64,000 nt of DNA from Glycera tridactyla (taxonomy: Eukaryota): the NCBI GenBank assembly GCA_965644265.1, contig CBFFRO010000022.1:248001-312000 (forward strand), read 5' to 3'. Below, in pieces: positions 37,710-51,100 of the stretch. Positions within the stretch are counted from its first letter, which is position 1, and the number at the start of each line of letters is the position of its first letter. Position numbers and translations under genes: made by a program. The notes under the pieces are model-generated. The model made no database searches. It worked only from the letters and a program-made list of their open reading frames with translations, and was not told where the DNA came from.

Positions 37710-37757
<48 letters not shown>
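37695..37757. repeat. (AAT)n microsatellite
   Basis: Directly visible. Confidence 0.95.
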
Positions 37758-37759
<2 letters not shown>

Positions 37760-40700
37760 ATTGTGGTGATATCAATAGTAACATGAACAACAATATAAGC
37801 AGCAAATATAACATTGGCAATAATCATATTACAGTTGATAGTGTAACTAGAAATTGATTCCCAAGAAATGGCTTTTACTCAAATTGTGATAGTAGATAGG
37901 TTGTTTTGCTGTGTAGCATTTCCACTTGGTACTGCTACTGCATATTGCATTGAAGCACAGCTGTATAACAAAAAAGATACAACTGGTCAATCCATAACTT
38001 GGAATTCTCATTAAATAAGCATTTGGGTATATACTGGTGGCATGCATCAGGGTTGGCAGTCTTCACTATTTTGTTATATACTTCAGACTCACTATATGTA
38101 AGTCACATTTAGGTTGCAGTGATCTGATATTATATTGTAAGTCATGTCACAAAAATGGATGATCAATTTTAAATAATAGGACACAATTCATCACTCTTAA
38201 TAATGCTCGAAGTGAATATTGCAGCACGAACAATCTTATACAAATTAGTGCTTTCTCGTGATTCTTCTTGTTCATCTCAGGTATCAGATAGAGACAATTT
38301 TGCATAAATTTTGTGATAAGTATTTATGCAGATTTGGGTTGAGGGAATGGGAGGGAGGTGAATGAGTCTTTGAAAATGGTCAGAATGAGCAAGTGTTTCA
38401 CACACTTAGGATCACTAAGCAATCACATGCAGATGTCCAAAAGCCATGCATGAATTACCAAACACTTGTCAGATACACGTCAGCTTTCAGATCAGATCAA
38501 CGTGTCGCAGTTCAGCGTAGATTCGATATAGAGAGGCAGATCTCCCAGCTACTTGGTGTTATTTTCTGATGTCATTGCTATTTGATCTTGTGCTGTCTTC
38601 AGTGTTATCATTTCACCGAATTCTGTTAGGCGTCCAATGCTCAGATTCTTCATCAGAGTGTCACCTATCTGCAACTGCGATGTCATGCAGCTGTTAAGAA
38701 AAATTCATTGGAATTTTCCAGAATTGTTCAAAATGCATTGGTTTTTATGAATTGCACAGTCTATGTTTTCTATGTTCCAATTCATCTCAATGATGAAAGT
38801 AAAAAGTCAACTTAAGTAGACTGTCTCATAAAATTTCAACTGGTGCTCAACATATTGTTAGCAACTGCCATATTATTCTGCTTTGTGCTCTACTGAAAGC
38901 TCAGAATACAGAATAATGTTGTTAGTTTCCCCAAGACGCTGGATGCACAACATGTATGGCATTTGTGAGACTCATACGTTTCTCAAAACAGTGACTACCA
39001 TCTTTGTTGCCCGTTATATGCAACATCTGATGGTTGCATGCTCTATGCAATGTGGGTATTACAACCTCATCTTTCAGCAAATGAACATCAGACTAGAATT
39101 CAACAGATAGGTGTACATTATTGGTGAATTGGTGACAAGCGTGAGGTTGAGGTGCTCAAGATTACTTGAGTTAGCTAATTTATTTGCTTGTTTATCTTTC
39201 ATGAGCTGCATCCCGTCTGGTTCCATTCCAGTTTCAGTATCTGGCTTCACACATTGTCCTTATGCCACACTTATGCCTGTCCAGAAGGCTAAATTTAGCA
39301 GGCACAGGATGTTGGTTTTTGATATTGCTTGGCATGGTCATATGACTACGTCTCTGCCCGAACCTCAATTTATTTGCCTGCCTGCTGTGCAGAGTTGAAG
39401 CATGTATTACAAGGCCTATATCAAGTCAAAGACTGAAGTGTGGCATAACTACAAGATGTCCTATGCATGTGATATGGGTGAGAATGGATGGCACTTTTGG
39501 AGTATGCTATCCCATGGAATGTTGTAGTGGCAAAAGTCTGTCTTATGTGTTTTTCTCATTCATATCCTGTGCGTAGGGCATTATTGTCATGAACTCACCA
39601 GCGTATTGTCAATCATTTCTCACCACCACTGCTCTTCATGCTCCGCTTGGCTTCTGTATCGGCAGGAAGTAAAATTTGCAGCTCAGTGGTTTCAACATGG
39701 TGGCACACACTAGCTTTCTGATTTTTAGTTTTTCTTGACCCTCTCTCCTGCTCCCCCTCTTTTGCCATTGCAAAATCTCAACAGATGATACCCCAGCATG
39801 AACGTGATTTGCCACCACTCGGTGGTGATATCATCAGCTATGAACCCATCTTGTGGTGACCTGTCAAAGCTAGATGCCTCACTTTTATTCTTTTCGAATT
39901 CACCTGGAGGTCAAACACTAATTGGTATGGCTGGACTGCTCTAATCACCTGTGTGCTACTCCGTATTCTTGGTGTCCGTGTGTCTTTATTGAGCTGATGA
40001 TGGCTGAGGCTTGTTTTCTGTTCATATTCGTTGATAACTAATTCAATGTTAATGTTGAAACAGGCACACCGTCCTTACCCAATGCCGGGTGTACCACTCT
40101 ATGTGCCAGGGCCAGGTCAGTAAGCGTATTACCGTAGGAATGGCATTCTTGCAACGGCTTTTAATGTTGCTTTTACTCCGTAAGCAGTTGTGACTCGCTT
40201 GACATGATTATTGTGGCAAAACACTCGCTGCTGCAGGCATATCTTGTTAGTGCCACTTGCTTTTCACTCAATCATTCAGCGGTCCCGATTTGTATATCCG
40301 GTATGGGCTTTGGAACCTGATTGCTAAAAACTCTTGTTTGTGTCAGTGGGGGAGTTTAATTACAGGGCATGGAGAAGTCTCTGAATTGGCTTAGCATCCA
40401 AGATTGAAAATGCATTGACCATAATTGAGCTGTAGATAAGTTCTTTTTTCATCTTAGTCCCTTTTACACTAAACTTGTGTTGATTTCATTAAAATGCTTA
40501 ATTATCTATTTAACAATATATTTATCGACAAAAGTGTCATAAATATAAAATAAACCATGTGTCTTGATGTGGCATGCTGATTGTCCGTTGTATCCGGCAT
40601 ATTTACTATACAGCCCTGTCTGCTAGCCCCCCTCTTCCAGTATTAACCTATAACATGTTAATCTCCTCAGAAGCACATCAAAAAAGCACTTGTGGTGATA

Positions 40701-42599
40701 CGTCTTGGTTAGGTGGATGTTTCTCGATGAAGAAAATCCCTGTCCTATATTGATTTTCTTGGGATAGCCTCTGAAAGGCCAAATTCAGGCCTATCATTTC
40801 ATGGGTGATACCCTAATACATCAGAAACTATTTGAGCATTGACACATCTCGCGTGATCATAATGGAAGTTCTAGTCGGTTCAATGTTTCATTTTTCAAGT
40901 TGATTGGAAGTTGCAAACTGCACTGCAGACTAGCCCCCCGAAATATGTGATACAAGGCGTATGCTTTGAAATAACCCGTATCTCTTTGAGCCATACCTTT
41001 CGAAATTGTCACTTGCCTCTGAATGGTCATCAGGGGCAAGAGTACTACTTGGATATTCTGAGGGTGGATTGTGGATTCAATGGAAGTTTGTGGTGGGACA
41101 CTGGGCAGCAGTTAGCTCCAGTGGACAACAGTTCTGTACATGGAAAAGTAAGTGGCCAGCCTACTAAGTTTTCTACTGGTGTTGACGTCCATTGTCAAAA
41201 GAGATTCACGATCAGGGAGTTCACAGTTTTGTCACTGAGATCTGCATCAGTTTTTTCATCTTTGTTAGTGCTTCCCCAGAGAGTGGAATAGTCAGGCTGT
41301 TAATACTCCATCTACCTTACAGTTGTGTTCATCAGTTTCTTCCAGTCGATGCCCAGTTGGGGTTATTTTTCTACTGTGATACCCACTTCTCTTGGCTAAG
41401 GGTTCTTGGGTACATTTATTGACTTATGCATTGGAGAGTGTTGGATGAGACTGCTTCTTGCAAGAATGAACAGCTTGGGAAGATTTTCAGCTAAGCAGGG
41501 AAGTAGTTTTGAGGATCCAGTTATGAGGCAAATCTGTGAATGGTGGTTTTTGCTTTGTTCATGAGAATGGAACATGATATGGAGAAAGGGATGACTTACA
41601 ATACCCAAGTTATGTGTAATGATAAATGTCGTCATAATCCATCCAGAAAAATACAATCACAGTCAGGAATAAATTAAGAATAAGTACACTATGCTTGATC
41701 TAATTTAACGAAGCATTAGAGATAAACTAACAAAATTATTCAGGAATGGATGTTCACTCGAGAATGCGCTACCAGTAATCATTCCAGGGTAACAAACAAT
41801 CAAGGGTCCAGGGACTGAAGGTCTCCTCCATACATTTCAAACCTGCGGAGCATTTAGAATTCATGCAGAATGATCTAGTACATATCAATACACCAATGCG
41901 GAATAAGTGATTAAGTGTTGCAGACACATTAGCAACGTAAATCATATGAACGTTGATGAGCAGAAGGTCCAAGCATATCTTGGATGTATCATCAGAACAT
42001 AAAGCAATTTTATTGGCCTAAATAGGTCCATATTCATACTGGATTTGTTCCACTCTTTTTCCGCTATGCATCTTGTATGTATTACCAGATCAACGTAATT
42101 TGTTTTCAGCCTTGTGACAGTCTTCACACTGCTGTAGGCTTTCGAGGGTGAATAATTGTCATTGGTTATGTGGCTCAAACAATTGGCTATGCCGCATTTG
42201 TAGAGAAAGACTTAGCGGCTGCCGCTGCTTCGATGTAGCGCACCAATGAGATTGCTTGTTTCATTTCTCGCTCGCCATGGTTTCTATAGTTACCAGTTCT
42301 TTCCTTACTATGTTACAAATGGTCACATTCTATGTTATTTTTTCTGTAAGAGTACTTAATATGCCATCACTTCTCACATTTGGAATGGCAAGGAAATTAA
42401 CTGTCTGTCTGCCATAGTCAGTGTTGTCAACTTGTAATGCTATACACCTGATTTCAATCAAAATTAATAAATTAGTAACAATGAGAAGAAGTGTAGCTGT
42501 AGTGAGACTTTAATGATTTTTATTTTCGTTTTCTCAACAATAGCCACCTGGTGGCATCTAGCGGAGTGTCTACATTTGATGACTTGCTCCGCATTGCAG

Positions 42600-42759
42600 G
42601 GTATGTCAGTACCGGGTATGGTACCTATGGTGAAGCGTGCAGCGGTTGCCGATAACAAGAGTGGAATTCCTATGTATCAGCCCGGCGCTGGTGCCGCGGC
42701 CTACCAACAAGCAGCTCTTGCTGCTATGCATATGCAACAACCATTTGTGCCCGTAACCA
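42600..42759 (+). CDS. MBNL: Muscleblind-like exon-6-like segment (GMSVPGMVPMVKRAAVADNKSGIPMYQPG...QQPFVPVT), phase 0/1
   Basis: Acceptor gcattgcag| at 42599 and donor CCA|gtgagt at 42760. The KR..A...G.P.YQ....YQQ...QQPFVPV pattern is typical of Muscleblind C-terminal regions. Confidence 0.9.
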
Positions 42760-45700
42760 GTGAGTAATTGTCTATCATTTTTTTCCAATCGAGAGATAAA
42801 ACCGAGTTCACTATGGTTGTCATTCTTCCCAATGGATCCTTGTTTCGCAACATTCCATCGTCTGATCTGTGTGTGCACTTGGTTCTTTCACTTGAGTGAT
42901 TTACAAATTGGAGCACCATCTCTATCAGAATGACCCTGCAATGCACATTCAAGCATTATATTCAATCAGTGCACAAATGTATTGCCCACTCCACGTCTCT
43001 TATCAGGATAGGTTTGGCAGTATATACTGTTACAACACTTCAATGGGATATACCTGGAATAGTGTGCATCAAGTATAACGCTATGCAAAGATGCAAGTAT
43101 TGAAGATAAACTTATCTGAATGTAGAGTGGCCATATTGAATTGTTCCAGTCTTCTTTCACACTCAAGCTCACATCATGAGCCATAAATTCATTCTACCCA
43201 ATTGGATCTTTCATAGCAAACAGTTCATAATTAGTGTTGATGGATAATTGATATGTAAATGAAATGCAAGAATGGCCATGATGATGTCTATGTCAAAGAG
43301 CCATGCTTACCAAAGTAGAGGTGAACTTAGATATGCAGCATTTGTTTTTAATTTTTCGTATTCATACCATGCCATTCTGACAACACCCTTAACAAATTTG
43401 GGTGCACATATGTATATTAACATTGATATAACTATTAGTATCATATTATTATCAATGATGAGGATGTAGTAAGAGTAATACAATAAAGAGACTCACAGCA
43501 CCAATGGAGATGGATTAGAGATTGTGCTTTGATTTAGGGAGTCATCCAAGTGTCGTTGACTGATGTGTACACAGAACAGATGCACATGGATTCATATTTC
43601 TCTATTATACGCATGTGTATACCTGAACTTATATACATATGTGTGTATACATGTCAAAAACAAGTGTGAAAGGCCAGATAATTCCTGGTTCAGAGCTTCG
43701 TTGATATTGGTACGTCCATGGAGTGAATAGGTAGTGTACAGCTTGATGTCGAACCAACGCTGTTCAAAGCTTAGCCCTTTGACCTGTGTGATTGGGACAG
43801 TGGGGTTGGACTTGGCCAGCTATGAAAGGGGCTTTTTGCTAGATAATCGCTAAGCTGTCCAAGTTGAAATGTGTGGATAATCTTACCTCTAGATCTTTCT
43901 CTCACCAGCTTCATTTCACTCTCTGCCAGTAAGCTTTCACCATTGTAGGAGGCTTCTGTCTTCCCGTCTCTTCAACTCAAGCCGGATAAACCCTTTCTCT
44001 CTCGAGTTCCTCCATATGCAAGCAGAATTTGCTGCATCATATTCAGTGCTGATTATTTTATTTGACTCAAAATATTAGTATCACTTCTTAAGATCATCTC
44101 ATGATCTAGATCTATTCAATTTGTTTTGGATTTGATGGCTGCCTATTAGTCTTCAATGCTCGTAATTCTCTTGATCATTCTCATGCATTTTCAAAATGGA
44201 GGCTGATCCATACTGGAATGAAGTACCCATACTGCTGATTCTGAAATCATGGATGTTAAGCTTTGCAAATGATTTTTCTCTTTGGAACGAACATTGCAAG
44301 AGATGGGAAAATGAAATCTGGGTGTAATCAAATTCTACAAAATTATCCTTGCTTGAGAAACTGCCGGATTGAGCATTTAACTGTCACCATTGATATTGAG
44401 ATTATCAATGCTATATATTTCCTTGGGTGAACAGTTAAATGTCTTATGGCAGATGATCAGTGCCAAGCCATCTCTTTTGGATAGTGAATGTCAAATTGTA
44501 CCTCATATAAACATTTGAGTTTCTGTTAAGATTTTTGATTAATCTAAGAAATCATTAGCAACTGAAATGCATTCATGTTCCATTCCCAAACAAGAGCCTT
44601 TATTTTTATCAGGAAAAAAATATAATGTTGCACTTAGGAAAGTTCTTACCTGTGACATCTCCCGAAATTGAAGTCTGCTTACCCCTTTGTTTGCCTGCGC
44701 ATGGTATTTGCAAGATGTGTTGAGATTAAATCCCATGCATGGTCGCAGCATTCTATCCATTGTTGTTATGGTGGGTCTGGAGCCCATGCTTGCCAGCTTT
44801 GAGCCTAAAGAGTTTGGTAAGGTGCTTGACTAGATCGATTGTAAATTCGATCAGCTGAGGCAGTCGTACAAGATGTAAGTTTGCTACATTAAGCCATGTA
44901 CTGAGTATAACCTGTCTGATACTTGTAGTGACCAGATATGCAGATACTGTAGTACACATCAGATACTCCAGTTCTCAGTCTCATCAAATCCTACTCAAAC
45001 TTTTCATGTATCAATCACCTACATTATGCAGGGATGGGAATAATTCAGTTCTGCAGAAGCCCATGTTTGTCAATAGTAGCTCGCTCACCTGGTTTTTGGA
45101 CGAACAAAATCAGACCACAATTAGTGGAGATAGAATTGAGAATAAGGAGATGATTCAACATGCCTGTCCTCTTGCTTGTCTTTTGTCATGATATTCATTT
45201 ATTGGCAGATGTTGAAATTTGCATCATTTACAAATGGGCTTCATGCACATATACCATGTTGTTTGGGGGCTCAGCCATCCCTGACTGGGAATTACCATTT
45301 ATCATAAGATGAATTCCAGATAAACATATACACAAAATCTATCATCGAAATTCTCAGCAGGTTATCAGGTGATCATACCTCAGTGTAGCAAACTGGAATC
45401 CATTTGTAGTATGTATGCAATAAGCTTATTATTATATTCATGAGATAAATGAGCAAAAGATTGGATATAGTGTAATTGAGCTGCTGTTGCTATAGAGATT
45501 TGGTACGATTTGTAGATGCGAGCAGTTAGTGAGCTTGGCAAGCTCTTTTAACAACTTGTGATAAGTACAAGCTGCAGTCAGTCTAGGGGCTTTGCGCACT
45601 GGCAATGTGCCCGCAGCAGTTTGTGCCATTGAATGCCAGCTGCCGCAGTCCTCCCTCAACACACTTCGAGTAGAATATCACCATCACTTGCAATGTATCT

Positions 45701-45786
45701 TGTCTTTCCATGGCTATGCACGATCAGTCTTTTTTCTCAAATTGAAAAAAAGTAGAGGAGTGATTCAAATGCTAAATTTGGATGTA

Positions 45787-45964
45787 CAGTCAAACCTGTT
45801 TATAAAGGCCACCTACGGTTGCATAAAAAAGTGGCCTTTATAGGCAGGTGGCCTTTATAGAGAGGTCATTTACTGTTGAAAGTATCATAACGGTCGCAGC
45901 TCAGGGTGGCCTTTACAAGCAGGTGGCCTTTATTGAGAGGTGGCCTCTCGAGCAGGTTCAACTG
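45787..45964. mobile_element. 178-bp MITE with TA target-site duplication and CAGT termini (Tc1/mariner-pogo type)
   Basis: TA|cagtcaaacctgtttataaaggccacct ... aggtggcctctcgagcaggttcaactg|TA: imperfect terminal inverted repeat of about 27 bp, with internal GTGGCCT(TTA) repeats. Confidence 0.8.
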
Positions 45965-46962
45965 TATATGCTTTTGATTTGGACAGATATTATCGTAATT
46001 TATAGTTGACTAGATAAAATATTTGCTGTAGTTCGATAAATTGCAATAGTTGCTCACTTGCTGTGACCATGCCAGGCATCAAGATGTTCAATAATTGTAT
46101 GTTTTAAGTATCAGGTACTAAGATGATGATGAAAAGAATGTTGATGAAATGTGATAATTTGAAGATGACATGTGATGTTTTATACCACAAATATTGCATC
46201 ATCAGTGGGATGTCAATGTGAGGTCCTGCTTATCTTGCACATCCTGACTGCAATGGATGGCATCCAATATTTGTGGTATAAAAGTGAGAAATTTTTTCTG
46301 TGAAAGATTCAAATTAGACCACATTTGGGAGGGTAGGACGCTCCCTGCCTTGAGCTCCTCCCAGTGAGATTCTTCTGGTATCTTTCACATGCATGATTTC
46401 TTGCTATAATTTATAATAAATACATTGATGAAAATGACATGATGGTAATTTTTTGTCATGTCCAACTCATGCTGTGTTTTTTAATCATTGGTCTCTTGGA
46501 AGCACTAGGTCTCCAGGACGTACATCTATTTCAGCTGCTGGCAACTTTCATATTTCTGTCAAGTCGGCAGCTACTGAAATTTCACTCATTACTTCAGAGA
46601 TGTCAAGGTGATGTGTTTCATAATCTTGAAAATGAGCCATTTGTTTGATTTGAGGAGGAAAGATAATGCATACATGATGCTATCCATATTATGATCTTTG
46701 ATTTGCACAGTATGGGTTGAACTCATGAGATTGAATGTGAAATGAGGGGAATAAATCAGATTCAGATTCAGTTCTCTGTGGGTTTTGAAGATTCTTGTTA
46801 ATCTGGGAACTATTGTGAGCTTGAGTTGATATGCTTATTTTCTCTTTATCTGTGTAGAGTTGGATGACAATATTTTTGTTTTGATGGGCTTTATGCACTT
46901 GGTTTGGCTTGGGCTTTGGTTTCTGTAGAGCAGAAGGTGATGGTTGCAGCTTGATTGAATGA

Positions 46963-47130
46963 NNNNNNNNNNNNNNNNNNNNNNNNNNNNNNNNNNNNNN
47001 NNNNNNNNNNNNNNNNNNNNNNNNNNNNNNNNNNNNNNNNNNNNNNNNNNNNNNNNNNNNNNNNNNNNNNNNNNNNNNNNNNNNNNNNNNNNNNNNTGGG
47101 CGTATGGATGTGTATGTGTGTGGGTGGGGG

Positions 47131-47180
<50 letters not shown>

Positions 47181-47740
47181 TACATGCGTGCATGTGGCGG
47201 ACTTTATATAGGATTGATCCTATTTCCCATTTCCTGGGTGCATGTGCACTTGCAAGTGCATGCATGCATACCTACTCAACTCTGAATGTGTTATTTCAGC
47301 ACATTTATGCACACCGAATGGGAATTGNNNNNNNNNNNNNNNNNNNNNNNNNNNNNNNNNNNNNNNNNNNNNNNNNNNNNNNNNNNNNNNNNNNNNNNNN
47401 NNNNNNNNNNNNNNNNNNNNNNNNNNNNNNNNNNNNNNNNNNNNNNNNNNNNNNNNNNNNNNNNNNNNNNNNNNNNNNNNNCGGGTGTGTGTGTATGTGT
47501 TCACGGGTGTGTATGTGTTCGCGCAATTGACAAGGNNNNNNNNNNNNNNNNNNNNNNNNNNNNNNNNNNNNNNNNNNNNNNNNNNNNNNNNNNNNNNNNN
47601 NNNNNNNNNNNNNNNNNNNNNNNNNNNNNNNNNNNNNNNNNNNNNNNNNNNNNNNNNNNNNNNNNNNNNNNNNNNNNNNNNNNNNNNNNNNNNNNNNNNN
47701 NNNNNNNNNNNNNNNNNNNNNNNNNNNNNNNNNNNNNNNN
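46963..47740. other. Three assembly gaps (46963-47096, 47328-47481, 47536-47740)
   Basis: N characters. Confidence 1.
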
Positions 47741-47762
47741 AAAAGGTGCAAATATGTGCACT

Positions 47763-47800
<38 letters not shown>

Positions 47801-47830
47801 CGTGTGTGTGTATGCATGCTTGCGTGTATG
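47097..47830. repeat. (TG)n-rich low-complexity region broken by assembly gaps
   Basis: (TG)n runs at about 47133-47178 and 47766-47810 beside N blocks. Confidence 0.85.
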
Positions 47831-47881
47831 CGGCATGTATGTGTGTGTCACATCCAGTAGTCTCTTCATTATCACTCACAG

Positions 47882-48099
47882 CATTTGTTCTCTCTGACTT
47901 CTCTTTCATGCCCTGCCCCATCACTACTCCAACCACAACCTGTTGTTGCTTACCAAAAAACAAAAAACAAAAATCTGCTCACCACACACTGCATGCTGCG
48001 CTACCAACTCACACACGCTTTCCACCAATCGCTGATCTCCTCTCAACCTGCCTTCACCGAACCGACCAATCGCTGGCCGTGTCTCAACCATGCCATCAG
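47882..48099 (+). promoter_or_regulatory. 216-nt AG-exclusion zone with YGCY motifs upstream of the 98-nt exon
   Basis: No AG between 47882 and 48097; 11 YGCY motifs; branch-like CTGAC (47894) and CTGAT (48032) each followed by pyrimidines. Confidence 0.6.
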
Positions 48100-48197
48100 T
48101 GTCATTGCTACCGGGCACACAAGCAGCGCTAGCAACCGGAAGTATGGCGATGGTTACTAACGCCGCTAGCGTCAATTATTTTGACGAATCAAACCAG
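48100..48197 (+). CDS. MBNL: 98-nt exon (M)SLLPGTQAALATGSMAMVTNAASVNYFDESNQ, phase 1/0; needed to put the extra zinc-finger pair in frame
   Basis: First AG after a 216-nt AG-free stretch (catcag| at 48099); donor CAG|gttagc at 48198. Phase 1 matches the 42759 donor (a+tg=ATG) and phase 0 matches the 52495 acceptor. Confidence 0.78.
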
Positions 48198-51100
48198 GTT
48201 AGCTAAGATACCGCAAAGTCATGGCACGGTGCAGGCTTGCTGCCATTGGTGGTTGCTGCTTGCTGATATTATAAGCCGGATATTGTCCTAGCTGCACCCG
48301 CAGCATTTGGGGGTCCTCTATTGGGGCCCTCCATTGGCAGCTGGCTTTGAGTCCTCCCTCACCTTTGTCTAGCCCCTCCTCCTCCTCTCCCTCTCTCACC
48401 CCTCTCTCTGGCTCTATGGCACTTCCCTGTTCACTGATATAGAAATAGTTGCAGAATAGTCTTTAGAGGAGGCATACAATAGTTGTGCTTAGCCGAAAAT
48501 TCACTCTGTATCAATTTGGAGGTCGTAAGTACTTTTTTTGTTTCTCCCAAGTCAAATTGATCCTGCTGCTGAGTTTCATCTATTCTGACATCAAAATCGG
48601 CATAGATACGTTTGCCTTGGATGATGTACATTATCTTCAAACTACTGAGGATTTTCACCATTTAGAGCACAATCATTTCATATATGCCATCCATCAGGAT
48701 TTTGAAGACATGATTTCTCTTATAGGCATAAATTGCCACATTTCAAGCCTGATATTGCAAAAACTAGTATCAATGATTCTGAAAATTGGCATCATAACAA
48801 TCCTTGCTAATCAAGTTTTAGCATCCCTGCTACTTGCATTCACATACGTGCAAAACTTTGGGAGAAATAGTGCTCATCTCCTGATGATTTGGAGAAAGAT
48901 GACGATCGCAATCGTCTATGACTCTTCCAGAGTAATCCAGTTATCACTAATGGATTGTTGATGATAGATGTGTGGGACAATGTAGTGAGATGTTCTCTAT
49001 GACTCCAATGAGACATTAATCAACCAACAAAACAAGACAGACCCCTTAATCATTGTATACAATTAGTTCATATGAGTTTTGGTATTCCATTTGATTCATG
49101 TGGGTGAAAGCTGTAGAAACTCCAAGGTATATGATGATTTATTCTGACTGGTGATATCCTGAACCCAGGGCATTTAATACAATGATGCATAGGTAAATTT
49201 GTAGCGTCCTGTTGCACAATCCCACTCCTGTGTTTCATCAAGAATCAGAACCAGGCCATTTTCATTTGGTGTATTTGTTTTATTTTATCTCTTTCCATCA
49301 TGCGAATGATTCCAGTTGCCAAACCATTCATAGCCCAAACAATCGAAACTGCAATGTCAGTGCAAATATGTCGATTGAGCAAGCATTTTCTTTCTTGCTT
49401 ATTTGTTTTGTTCTGTTTATTCTGATGATGCCCTGGCCAATTGGTGTGTACATGCTTTGTTGTCTCTTCATGCTTATTCCATATCATGCCTCTCAAATAA
49501 TTCAAGCCAGGGTTGAACAGATGTAAAAAGCAATCATTTACTCAAACCTTATCTTGATCTCACCCCGCTGTGGAAGAGTGTTACCAGGGGTTGAGATATC
49601 TCTCATTGTGGAATATCTGGCACACATACAGGCATACATACATACTCAGGCATTGATACCAGTCTAAAAGAGACAGATGAACAATATCAAACATTTATGT
49701 GAAAATATTGTACATTTATCAAATGATGCCTTCAAGATGCAACATTCCATGCAACAAGACTGGAATGAAAACAGGTTTGGCGCTGATTTCTCCGTCCAGT
49801 TCATAGTTTGTGCACCAGGGAATCTTCAAATTCATTACGAATTTGGAGTAATGACTTCTTTCCTTGGCTGAGATTTTGACAGCTCACACATCACAATAAT
49901 CAAGGAAATTTAGATTTTTTAATGTGCTCATTGGTATTACTCCATCAATATAAAGAGGTCAATTTTGCCACTCTTTTCATGAAAATGATAAGCTGTGTAC
50001 ATGTGCAATCCATGGGATGATCACTTGTAGCAGTGGAAGAAGGGATTTGCGATGTAGGGACCTGGATTTGCTGTAGATGTTGGTGAAACAGAATCCCATA
50101 TTCAACCAACTCTTTGATCATTGCAAATACATTGACAATGACAATGACAATATCTTTTATTTTATAATAATACATTGTACTGCCATCAGTACTCAGTTCA
50201 TTACTGATTTTGGAAATCGAGGGTGGCATCTCTGAGTTTATTTTGTATTTTATTGGTATTATTTGAGTTCATTGATCATCAGCTTATGTTGGTAACCTCC
50301 TGCCGCCCCAAACTCTTCATCACCAGTCTCTTCTCATTGAATGTCTCACACATCTCTCAAACTTCAAATCCATAAAGTGTGAACCATGGTTTGATCTTGT
50401 GGGAGACCACAAGTATTCAATATCAGTTCGATGTGACTTTATTTATTCTGAAGCCTCCATGTGACTGTCCCATAACAGGTATGATTGTGTTACCTATCAA
50501 TAGGTTTGAGTTATCTTTGTATTTCAATAGAAATAGTATTTGTATGAGCGATGTAAAGATCGAGAACAGATTATGAAGATCATTGCCCAATAAGATTCAG
50601 GAATAATTTGCCTCCTCATAGACTATTCTCCACCACAATCACATTGCCTCCTGTGCCATAATTGCTCCCTATAGTTCAGCATTCCTCCTATGCAGTTAAC
50701 TACCACAGTTAAAAATCCATTATCAACGAAGAATTTACTGAAATGCTTCATCATAGATTCAAATACACCTTTCAAAGATAGATTTTCATGCTGTTTTTGG
50801 AAAGATAGCAGTTTTTTCTCATCAGATATAGAAGTTGACTGTTTCAACAGCTTATATATAAATGAACATCAGAGCTTTCCCACTTTGGTTGGTCCATTGT
50901 TGATGATTGGGACTGTGTGTATTTTCTGCATGGAGTGTTATTGGTAGTGCTCTCTACTGGCACACGCCGCCGCCGCCATCACTGCAGCAGCAAGCCTCCA
51001 CTGGTGTCCCTGTCGCCATGCCGATGGGAATTTCTTCTCTTCTCTTTTTGCCGTGACCTCATTCTCTGCAGGCTTTGCAGTGGTGTATTTCTTGCAGGGA

